This document shows, one piece after another, positions 11,499 to 33,775 of a stretch of DNA of 64,000 nucleotides (positions are counted from its first letter, which is position 1; the number at the start of each line of letters is the position of its first letter). Location of the stretch: contig NC_134031.1 of assembly GCF_964204645.1 (NCBI RefSeq), positions 4,712,001 through 4,776,000 of the forward strand, given 5' to 3'. A model generated the notes under the pieces. The model did no database searches, was not told the DNA's origin, and saw nothing but the letters and a program-made list of their open reading frames with translations. The position numbers and the translations under genes are program-made. This DNA is from Tubulanus polymorphus. Taxonomy: Eukaryota > Animalia > Nemertea.

Positions 11499-14400
11499 CT
11501 TTTTCTTGACTAACGTATGGCGGCCGTCCATCTGTTTTCTGTCATTGTTTGACTTGGTGACAAGTTCTTCGATCTACAAATAAAGTTCACCCATTCACAA
11601 ATTGCCTGAGTTTTTCATGTGATTACACAAAATTTTCCCCGTGAATCTGATAAATTTCTAGGTTTAAAATGTTACAATTCATTCATTTTTCATTGAATTA
11701 CGTATTGATTAAGACACATGTGGTCAATATAGCATTATCCGAATTCCCAGAGTCTTCCAGGTATTTTGCAAAATTTGTCGAATTCTCTTGAGTTTTACCC
11801 AATTTTCCAGATCATTGGCCACTACGTTCTACAAATTTCTTCAAAATCATCGTCTTATTAAGAATTGAGAAAAACTGACCTGCGAAGCAATGCCCTTCAT
11901 GTACGGCTCGAGATCGGTGAACAGGTCGTATCCTTGGTGAAAATACGTATTCTGCGCGTGCATGAACGATAACATCTGAAAATATCAAACAATATGATAG
12001 AAGCCGCGTTGTCGACATTGTTTCTTATACCCTGCTAATCCAGGAAGTTGATTTATAGTCCACGTTTTGTAAGATACTGAACTATAGATCAAATTTGATT
12101 CTAGAGTTAAGATAAGTTCATGATTTTAGTTGAAAGAAAATCCATAATAGCTAGAACAGTACAAATCTCATTTTCTAATGAGTGAATATATTTATCATTG
12201 CAATCGTTTTCGGGAGTTACATTTCCCCTGTTCAGGCATAGTGCAATATGCCTGGACAGGGGATCCCTGAATTTGGAACTCTCTACCCAAGATTTACTTC
12301 ATGAATTTAATTTCCAAACTAGGCAAACATTTATTCAATCTTTAATGAAAGACCAATGCTGGTCACATGTTGTGAATACTGATTAACTGATTGAGGGAAA
12401 CCCTAGTGCCAAAGTCTAACCGAGACGTTTTTTTGAATTGGGACTTGAGCTTTATCGCGAGATTGATAACGAAAATAATTAGTGAAAAATTTACTAAAAA
12501 CCTCCAGTTCCAAAGAAGATGTTTACATTCATTTGATATAAAATTGATTACAAAGATACTTACTGTACTTAGGATGTCAAATCTCTTTTTAGAATGCAGG
12601 ACATTCAACTGAAAATGACCAAATATTATGTATACTATATCAAATCGAATAAACAACTGTTTTCAATTAGAAATCGATTTTCAATCTGTTCAATATAGAA
12701 ATACGACGAAAGTTGCATTTTTCTATCACCTGAAAAACATAATCAAGTGAAGTATGCCAGAAACAAGATCTCATCGCCGTTAATATGTTGTTCGTTTCTT
12801 CGCATTCTTGCGTTTTACTCTTCGGCGCCTGCGAATGTTTGATTAAAGCTTGGTCCATGTCGTCGCTGATTTTCTCGAAGTGTTTCCTCGTCTCTTTCAC
12901 TTTTTTGATCTCGCTAAAAACGTCGAATAACGGGTAAGAACGAATGAAATGATTGAAATAGCTTTCGCGAGAAATTACGCCCGGGATTCGAATACGATTC
13001 GGTCAACACTTACACCTTAACGAAATCATTGATATTTCTACTAACAGACCGTTGTGCCTGGTCGAGAAGTATCTGAAAAAAAAATTAATTTACCATAAAA
13101 TTCTTATTCTTTTATCGACAATTAAGTATCAATTAACAGGATGGCCACTTTTGATCCAGTTACAAATCCTCCAAGTTTTCCCTGATTTTCCATGTGATTT
13201 CTACACAAAATTCCCTGAGCGAATCAGAAAAATGTCTAGGTTTAAAACGTCACAATTCATTCATTTTTCATTGAATCATGTACTGATAAAGAAAAACCTA
13301 GACAATAGCATTATCCGAATTCCCTGGAGATTTTCAGGTTCTTGGTAAAATTTGTCAAATTCCCTTAGTTTTCCCCCTTTTTCTAGATTTTTCTGATTCC
13401 CTGAGTTTTCCAAGTCAGCGGCCACCCTGTTCTAAGGCTGCGACAGACTAGATGGATTATTTCGCTACGAATTCGATCAAAAATTTCTCAAAAGTTTCGA
13501 TATCCTTGATACTTACATTATTATACTTCTGTATTTCGGACAAATCGTGCGTAAACCTCTTCAGAGCATCCTTTTAAATAAGATAAGAAAACAATAAAGC
13601 TAGTACTAACAATCAGTTCATATGATTGACATGGCTCAAGATAGGGAAACCAAATAATTACAGTGGAACCTCGTTAACAAAATATTCAATAATAAGAACA
13701 TATGATAGTTATAATCAATATTTCATTTCACCCATAATGATAAATGTAGTTGGGGTCAAAATATTTTTAAGTGTTATACATCCGAGTAAATTGTTATAAT
13801 AAGTTCCACCGCACCACTTATCATGCCACAATATTATCGAACATCAATAGCGAAATGAAAAAATTCTCGGTCTAATAAAATCAATAACCATATATAAGAC
13901 AGCCACCTATCTTTCAAGAAAGCTGAATTCTGAAAACAGCCATTAACGAGAGCTAAAAACACCGATTGAATGCAAATGAACCGAAACTGTATACGTAACT
14001 CTAAAAAAACGAACGAACCAAGATCCCTGTACCTTTCACCATTGAATAACATAACAGAATATATGAGTTTCATGTCAAAAATGCTAAATTGAATAATTAC
14101 GATAGGGAGTTTATTTAGGTGTTGGCATTGGCTTTATTGAATTGGGTAGTGTGTTGTTGATGCATCATGCCAAGTGCTTCGGTGCTTAATACTTTTACAT
14201 GATGTGATATCTTTTTCAAAAGTAATTCTTGTATATTTGATTCGATAACAGGAAAGTGCAAAGAGGTATTTCACATTCAGGGGAGGGACCGGAGCAAAAC
14301 TATTGTCAACGCCAGACCACCCTGTATACATGGGGAGATTTCAGAAATCATCCTGAAATAAGTCGGACGATAAGAATATACATATGACAGAGTAACCACC

Positions 14401-14708
14401 ACTGAATTCGGGAATGGTCAACCTGAGTTTTACATACACACATTCATTGATGCAGGTACATGAATCCTTTACTTACTCCAATCATCTGATCTTCCTATGA
14501 ACGGAAAAGACACATTTTACCCAGTGCATTACGATGTTTCTTATACAGTATATGTATATTGTGTCTTTCAGCAGTTGAAACCCTGGGCCCAATTGCACAG
14601 CTCGAGTTGGCTGTCAAAGCCATAACAAAATCACAACAATATGAACACAATTACGAGAGAAATCCCACAATAAATTACGCCAAAAAATGAAAAGTTCTTA
14701 AGTAAAAT

Positions 14709-14803
<95 letters not shown>

Positions 14804-16676
14804 CGAGCAACGTTTCGGCTAAATACTATTAGCCATCATCAGACGTACCGATGATAATAGTATTTGGCCGAAGCGGTTGCTCGAAATATATATATCATTT
14901 TACTTTAGAACTTTTCATTTTTTGGCGTAATTTATTGTGGGATTTCTCTCGTTATTCATCTTACAATTGGATATTGTGTATCTTCTCGTCCCATAACACA
15001 ATTCATTTTTAGATACCTAAGTATATCCCAAATGCACGATCGATTTCGATGATTCATTTCAGCCTCATCAGGTATCGTGAACTATGTCTTATAAGCCCAC
15101 AGAAATATACAACTACTTAGCATATAAGTACAGGATTTACACAGAATTTGCACAAATCAATGTATTTATACATGCCAAATAGTTGTTTACTTCTGTGGGC
15201 TTATATGACCTCAGCACACAGTTCACTATACCGGATGAGGCTGTAATGAATCAGCTGCAATCGATAGAGCTGTTGGAATATACTTATCAAAAAATGAATT
15301 GTGTTAATATTGTTGTTATTTTGTTATGGTTTTATCGCTCATTCGACTCTCTACCTAAAGCTGGCTGTTGAACTAGTCTTAAATGTAAGCCTTGACTGTG
15401 CAACTGGCCGCTGTACAAAGTGTATTAAGCGAAATTATGCGCTTTCGTGAAAACTGGTGAATCCGATGAAAATTATCATTATTTCATGCTGGATTAGGCA
15501 AGAGACTTAAAATCATATGAATCGTCAATTGTTCGGTAAAATATCATTTACTTACAGTCACGAATCCATCCCCTTTGAAATATTCAGAAACCTCTTTTAC
15601 GCCTTTGACAAAATTCCTAAAACAGAAAAAACGAGAAATATCTAAGAAAATGGTAAACAGGCTATCAATGGCCTAAAAAGATAAATGTGAATTGTACAGA
15701 AGGCAGAACGACCAAAATATGGCTACACATCATTCGAAACTAGAAAGGTTTAAAAAGATTATGAAAACATATTCTAAGATGATAGAATTCAAGCTAATAA
15801 AAGTTCTTATAAGTTCTTATATCATAGTAATACATACCCATTAGCAGTGTTGTAGGCTCGGCCTGTATCCACCATCACATTGCACAGTTTTACCAACTAA
15901 AACAAAACAGCAAATTTAACAATTAAGATTCATTTATGCTTGTATTTATTCAGATAGGCCTATGGTAGCCCTTAACAGAACCCAGCTTCAAACACGTATT
16001 TGAAGGAAACGACTGAATTCAGGAAATGGAATAACTTTAACTTTTAACATTCAAATTGAGCCCAGAGTCACTAAAAGGATTCAAACTCTTATATCAATTT
16101 AGATCAACAGAGTTAATGGGTAAATTAGTCAGGAACCTGTCTGTGGTTTAGTTTCACGATCGGATGTTTTCACAAACCCATCCGATTAGCTCACCACCAA
16201 CGATTAGGTAACTAACTATGAGTAAATCAAATCGATTTTTGACGGCTAAAACTTTTAGTGAAACTGCACTCATTAGAATTGCATTCGGAGTGTGGTAACT
16301 ACACATGTCACAGTTACCAAGACATACGAAACAGAAGTGCGTTGTACCTTATCCAGTTTCAGTTCTAGTTTGTCGACACTTTCTTCAGACTCTTCAAGGC
16401 TGGACCTGAAATGGAAATCAGTGAAAATGTTGAAATGATTTTTTAACAAAGGGTAGGCTTCAGCCTACTTATAACATCACAAGCCCCCCTAGTCTGTGAG
16501 TAAGCAGTCTGTGGTTTAGTTCTCACCATAGAAATTACAATACTTTCAATAAGCCTATCCAATAATCTTTTTAGAAGCTTACAACCATTGATAAGGAATC
16601 AATTAAAAATAGCAGCGCCATACCTGAATTTAGGAGAGTCCTTCAAGCATTCGTTGAAATCTATATTTGGATACAT
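11499..16676 (-). CDS. ACAP2: ACAP-family Arf-GAP (centaurin beta), N-terminal BAR domain only (exons 16624-16676, 16348-16405, 15838-15896, 15556-15616, 13517-13570, 13014-13072, 12730-12913, 12564-12608, 11880-11975, 11499-11573)
   Basis: Spliced translation (248 aa) reads MYPNIDFNECLKDSPKFR...KLELKLDKLVKLC...KVKETRKHFEKISDDMD...TSLDYVFQLNVLHSKKRFDIL...MLSFMHAQNTYFHQGYDLF, matching the ACAP1/2/3 BAR domain. All junctions are GT-AG and in phase. PH/ArfGAP/ANK exons were not found in the window. The paralog number is nominal for an invertebrate. Confidence 0.9.
14653..14994. mobile_element. Fold-back Penelope-like insertion (family A) with a hammerhead core and expanded (TA)n, nested in a MITE in ACAP intron 4
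   Basis: It has inverted arms. Minus strand 14842-14809 reads CTGATGA-T-GGCTAA(tagtat)TTAGCC-GAAA-CGTT. The 9-bp TSD AACACAATT lies at 14644-14652 and 14995-15003. Confidence 0.8.
14712..14800. repeat. (TA)n microsatellite
   Basis: About 44 uninterrupted TA units. Confidence 0.98.
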
Positions 16677-17239
16677 TTTTCAGATCGATTTGCGGAAGCA
16701 CCAGCAACAGCGATGCACCAGAGCGAAAAGAGAACGCCACGGAGGAGTGAAGCCACTGAAGAGAGGGAGGGCAAGTGATTCGATGTGAATTTTGTGTGCG
16801 TATCCGTGTGCTCTACTAAACTGTGTATAACATCATTTGCAATTGGGCGCGGCTTTATTTATCGGGGGCCTAAGTATCATCAGATCATATCGTTTCGATT
16901 GAGGAGCTCGAAAATCCACTGAAAAACTGTCCCGGGAATCAAGTCAAATCCGAATGGGAAAACCAATAGTAGTGTGCAGTCAATCGTGAATCATCGATCT
17001 CGAGTACTCGAGGATCGCTTCTCGGTGGATTCGTGCCGCAATCGCGGTCCGGACTTTTGGACTTTAGTTCGAAAAAATATAGAATTTATTTTTTTTCCAT
17101 TCGTTTCATTTTAATAACATAATAAACTGTCAAAATCTGATACATTTACAAATATTAGTAATTTTGATAAATATTATGGTAATCATATTAAATCCGAATA
17201 CGCGTTTTACCGTGTACCTGACATGTTTTGGTTTTGCAC

Positions 17240-17304
17240 CTCTCGCGAACGAAACTCGTTCATCTCCAGAATAAACCCGGAAGTAACTCGACTAACCCGG
17301 AAAT
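17240..17304. promoter_or_regulatory. Housekeeping/bidirectional promoter motifs (ETS-type CCGGAAGT 17277-17284 and CCGGAAAT 17297-17304; TCTCGCGA 17241-17248)
   Basis: Motif matches in a CpG-containing region between the divergent ACAP and PIK3R4 genes. Confidence 0.45.
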
Positions 17305-17315
17305 GAAACATTTAG

Positions 17316-20300
17316 GTCTGTCTGCAGAGTTTCCAGAACCTGTCATGTCAGGGCCCAAGACCTGACATGACAGGTGGGACCTCAGGTGACAGGTCGATTC
17401 GCTAAAATGAAAATCGTTATGACTGAACCGATGATAGGCGATTAGAAGATATGATAGGCGCGCATTTAGAACAAATGATAGCCGATAAGAAACAAAAAGA
17501 ACATATCTTAGTGCTTTCTGAATATATCATTCAAAAACAAAAAACAAACTATGATGTGTTACGAATTCACTTAAGAATTTATGTTTGTCCGTTTATAAAA
17601 AAGTTGTTGAACTATATCGCCTTGTATATAATAAAGATGCAATGATGGTGAATGATTTGAGAACATTGTAAGAATTGTTTACAATTTATTTATTTTTTTT
17701 GTAACATGAAACATGAAAATATCAAGATCAGGCAATGATACCAGTACCGGTAGTGCCTTATGTACTCATAATCAGTATTAATAACAATCATTATACTCAT
17801 TATGATTAGGCCCTATATATTTACATATTATTATTAATTACTCGCAATATAATTAATTCACCAAGTGCACATACAATTTAAAAACATTTCAGTCCAAGCT
17901 TATAAGTTGACATAGGATAAATTAGACATAACACTGATTAATTAGTGAGACCTCACACGGCAGCTCGCGCCATTTTGCAGAGCTTCGGGACCTGTGGTGA
18001 CAGGTCTGCTTGAAAACTGATGAAATAAAGGAAAACTTTAATTTTTATGGTCTCTTTATAGTAATGAATATAATGAAGATTGCTTACCATGGATAGAGTT
18101 AATCTTAAGTTACTATAAAACCATAATTTTGAAGCGAGACCTCACACGGCAGCTCGCGCCATTTTGCAGAGCTTCTCGGGACCTGTGGTGACAGGTCTGC
18201 TTGAAAACTGATGAAATAAAGGAAAACTTTAATTTTTATGGTCTCTTTACAGTAATGAATATAATGAAGATTGCTTACCATGGATAGAGTTAATCTTAAG
18301 TTACTATAAAACCATAATTTTGAAGCGAGACCTCACACGGCAGCTCGCGCCATTTTGCAGAGCTTCTCGGGACCTGTGGTGACAGGTCTGCTTGAAAACT
18401 GATGAAATGAAGGAAAACTTTAATTTTTATGGTCTCTTTATAGTAATGAATATAATAAAGATTGCTTACCATGGATAGAATTAATCTTAAGTTACTATAA
18501 AACAATAATTTTGAAGCGAGACCTCACACGGCAGCTCGCGCCATTTTGCAGAGCTTCTCTGGACCTGTGGTGACAGGTCTGCATTAAAACTGATGAAATG
18601 AAGGAAAACTTTAATTTTTATGGTCTCTTTATAGTAATGAATATAATAAAGATTGGTAACCATGGATATAATTAATTTTAAGTTACTATAAAACAATAAT
18701 TTTGAAGCTAGACCTCACACGGCAGCTCGCGCCATTTTGCAGAGCTTCTCGAGACCTGTGGTGACAGGTCTGCATTAAAACTGATGAAATGAAGGAAAAC
18801 TTTAATTTTTATGGTCTCTTTATAGTAATGAATATAATAAAGATTGCTTACCATGGATAGAATTAATCTTAAGTTACTATAAAACAATAATTTTGAAGCG
18901 AGACCTCACACGGCAGCTCGCGCCATTTTGCAGAGCTTCTCGAGACCTGTGGTGACAGGTCTGCATTAAAACTGATGAAATGAAGGAAAACTTTAATTTT
19001 TATGGTCTCTTTATAGTAATGAGTATAATATCAATTGCTAACCATAGATAGAGTTAATCTTAAGTTACTATAAAACAATAATTATGAAGCGAGACCTCAC
19101 ACGGCAGCTCGCGCCATTTTGCAGAGCTTCTCGAGACCTGTGGTGACAGGTCTGCATTAAAACTGATGAAATGAAGGAAAACATTAACTTTTATGGTCTC
19201 TTTATAGCAATGAGTATAATATCAATTGCTAACCATAGATAGAGTTAATCTTAAGTTACTATAAAACAATAATCATGAAGCGAGACCTCACACGGCAGCT
19301 CACGCCATTTTGCAGAGCTTCTCGGGACCTGTGGTGACAGGTCTGCATTAAAACTGATGAAATGGAAAAAACTTCACTTTTTATGGTATCTTTATAGTAA
19401 TGAATATAATATAGATTGCTAACCATGGATATAGTTAATCTTAAGTTACTATAAAACAATAATTATGAAGCGAGACCTCACACGGCAGCTCGCGCCATTT
19501 TGCAGAGCTTCTCGAGACCTGTGGTGACAGGTCTGCATTAAAACTGATGAAATGAAGGAAAACTTTAATTTTTATGGTCTCTTTATAGTAATGAGTATAA
19601 TATCAATTGCTAACCATAGATAGAGTTAATCTTAAGTTACTATAAAACAATAATTATGAAGCGAGACCTCACACGGCAGTTCGCGCCATTTTGCAGAGCT
19701 TCTCGAGACCTGTGGTGACAGGTCTGCATTAAAACTGATGAATGAAGGAAAACATTAACTTTTATGGTCTCTTTATAGTAATGAGTATAATATCAATTGC
19801 TAACCATAGATAGAGTTAATCTTAAGTTACCATAAAACAATAATTTTGAAGCGAGACCTCACACGGCAGCTCGCGCCATTTTGCAGAGCTTCTCGAGACC
19901 TGTGGTGACAGGTCTGCATTAAAACTGATGAAATGAAGGAAAACTTTAATTTTTATGGTCTCTTTATAGTAATGAGTATAATATCAATTGCTAACCATAG
20001 ATAGAGTTAATCTTAAGTTACTATAAAACAATAATTATGAAGCGAGACCTCACACGGCAGCTCGCGCCATTTTGCAGAGCTTCTCGAGACCTGTGGTGAC
20101 AGGTCTGCATTAAAACTGATGAAATGAAGGAAAACATTAACTTTTATGGTCTCTTTATAGTAATGAGTATAATATCAATTGCTAACCATAGATAGAGTTA
20201 ATCTTAAGTTACTATAAAACAATAATTATGAAGCGAGACCTCACACGGCAGCTCGCGCCATTTTACAGAGCTTCTCGGGACCTGTGGCGACAGGTCTGCA

Positions 20301-20915
20301 TTAAAACTGATATAGATAGAAAAAAAACTTCATGCTTTAAATTGATGAGTTGATTTAAAATCAGTCTCAATAAAATCAGTCTCTATATTGCATTCGGCTC
20401 TTTTACATGTACATCATAAAGACAATGAATAAAAATAGTGAGACTTCAGGACAGTGAGGAGTGTTGTCGAACTGTGATAGTGAGCAGATAATTTTCAGTG
20501 TCTTATTGCGGAAACGAAATATCAAGACCTCGATTCATCTAGCGAAAATATTCTCTTACTTCTACATTAATTAATTCATCTAGGCCTGAAACTTATTTTT
20601 CCCTTTAATACAGACATAAGTCATAGTTTACACATAAATATTTTCTTCTTATAAATCAACCTTTCAAATGAATTATTTGTCAGAACATTTTCCTTATCGT
20701 TATTGTTGAATCATTTTCGATATTAACGACGGGTCAGAATGTTCATTCAACTCAAAATGTTCTTCCATTCGTCTAGCACATGCCTAGATATTTCGCCGTT
20801 TCGTCAAATATTGTCATGAGTTTGGGTTTTTTTGGGACCTGACATGACAGGTCAGACCTGTCATGTCAGGTCTTGGGCCCTGACATGACAGGTTCTGGAA
20901 ACTCTGCAGACAGAC
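17316..20915. mobile_element. Non-autonomous inverted-repeat-bounded element (~3.6 kb) carrying an internal satellite array
   Basis: 17316-17375 and 20856-20915 are exact 60-bp reverse complements (GTCTGTCTGCAGAGTTTCCAGAACCTGTCATGTCAGGGCCCAAGACCTGACATGACAGGT). No transposase ORF and no direct TSD were seen. Confidence 0.8.
17947..20311. repeat. Tandem satellite, ~191-bp unit, 12 full copies plus 1 partial
   Basis: The unit start GAGACCTCACACGGCAGCTCGCGCCATTTTGCAGAG recurs at ~17947, 18136, 18327, 18518 ... 20044 and 20235. Confidence 0.98.
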
Positions 20916-21188
20916 ATCAATCAAATGAAAGATAAAAATACAATATAATAGGAAGAAAACTATAGAAAACTGTGAGGAACTCAAAATATGGATGGATGAT
21001 GCTGAGAAACTATTGTCAACGTTCATGATTTGATGCTTTCATTCGGTCTTACAAAACTAAAACCAATTCATTGCAAAACGATAAACGAAAGTAAGTTTGA
21101 TGATAACAACAAACAAGTTGAATGAATTTCACCTGTTCCTCCAGATAATCATAATTTCACCCGGCAGCAGTAGTCCAGGAAGTTGTTC

Positions 21189-21196
21189 TATCGATA
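21189..21196. promoter_or_regulatory. DRE-like palindrome TATCGATA upstream of PIK3R4
   Basis: Exact DRE consensus ~320 bp upstream of the ATG. The ATG exon has its own acceptor (ending 21508), so an untranslated first exon is implied. Confidence 0.4.
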
Positions 21197-21233
21197 GTGA
21201 TTGACAGCACTGAGCGTCCGTGTTGTGTCAATA

Positions 21234-21440
21234 TAGAGAGTATCCCACTCCAATAACAAGAAAGATTAAGTCCAATATTCTAAATGTTTCCTTAAGCTAA
21301 TAGTCATCTTCATGATTCAGTATTGCTGAAGATGAGTATTAGGTTGTAGTCAAAACGTTGGATTAATGAATTATTAGCTTACAGAATACTTTTCAGACTT
21401 CATCTTTCTTGGTGCGCAATAGTTGTGGGATTTGTTCTGC
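21234..21440. mobile_element. Degenerate family-B-like Penelope-type element in the PIK3R4 5' region
   Basis: CTGAAGA-T-GAGTAT(taggtt)GTAGTC-AAAA-CGTT at 21326-21359, with the inverted arm TAATAGTCATCTTCA upstream and a TTGTGGGATT motif near 21424. Confidence 0.6.
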
Positions 21441-21509
21441 TGAGTAAATGTCGTTTCAACCATTTTATAGCATTTATATACTGAGAAATTTCATTATTTC
21501 ATTTATAGA

Positions 21510-32768
<11,259 letters not shown>

Positions 32769-33775
32769 ATATTTATGGATTATTTTAGTTTTAATGTGCT
32801 TAATTCACCTTCATCGCTGTATCTAGGGATGATTTCAATCAATTTTCAATTATTCTGACTCTCGATATCCTCGAGTTTTAATAGGCATTATGGCTTTTTC
32901 ATTTATTGTACTGGAAATGAATTTAATTTCAATTGAACTGTTCTGAGAATTGTTATCAGCATTTGTTAGATACGCTGAAATGATCAAAGTTGATTTCCTT
33001 TCTTTTGTGAACATTAATGAATTTGATGTACATAACCTATATATTATCAATAAATCATATTTTATTTCTGTTACATAAATGTACAGTTGATTTTCATTTG
33101 GTCTATAAAGGAGTCTAGTGTAGTAATATTATATACAAGGTGGTCACTTACCTGGAAATCGAGGAAAAGTTGGAGAAATTTCTTTTCTTTAAAAAAGTTG
33201 AGAAATTTTACTAGATTGCGCATAAAATTTCCATTTATGTCATATGTATTTCACTGTCTTAATTGATTGAATTCTTAGCAGATCAAGTCAGGGAAAAGCA
33301 AGAAATAAAAGTGGCCACCCTGATAAAGCATTGCTGCTGGTCCTGGATTATTATCTTCACCGAAGTCAACCATCTAGAGGTGGTATCTGAAGACTAGTCA
33401 TCGCATGTATCATAATGAACTTGGTTATTGGTTTTAAGGTAACTAATCTATGGCATTTCTGTCCTGACTAAGGGACCAATCTCGGCTAAGTCTGGTCATT
33501 TGTGAAACCAGTGCTTTGAAAGCGATATATAAATCTTGAGAATCAGCAAAAATAAACTATAAAATTATTCTATGTACAAAAGCTAATAAGCTCATTTATT
33601 ACAGCTAATATTTGTTAGCATATTACAATAAAATAGAACAAGATCATTGAACTGTATTTCATAGAAATAATTTACAAGTAAAACGTCGAATAAATTGTAT
33701 TTACACACAATTATTTATAGTTGAATTAACAATTCTATCACAATGACAACTGATCAAACCCAGCTACAGAATGTC

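Larger units (their letters stand above)
14585..15410. mobile_element. Long palindromic MITE interrupted by the 14653-14994 insertion
   Basis: Ends GGCCCAATTGCACAG / CTGTGCAACTGGCC. The arms are reverse-complementary over several hundred bp. Confidence 0.7.

Noticed and set aside
14130-14510. Decayed I-clade LINE C-terminal zinc-knuckle fragment
   Set aside because: The similarity (HILTQC-like) needs several frameshifts and is too weak to call by eye.
18296-19459. Repeated 66-69 aa minus-strand ORFs
   Set aside because: They are by-products of the 191-bp repeat, with non-ATG starts and no splice or homology support.
17947-20311. CRISPR-like array
   Set aside because: Units are near-identical over their whole length with no unique spacers, the context is eukaryotic, and there are no cas genes.
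17947-20311. Hammerhead in the satellite unit (CTGATGA-AATGAAG-GAAA)
   Set aside because: No stem II can form between the two core motifs and no suitable stem III/UH follows.
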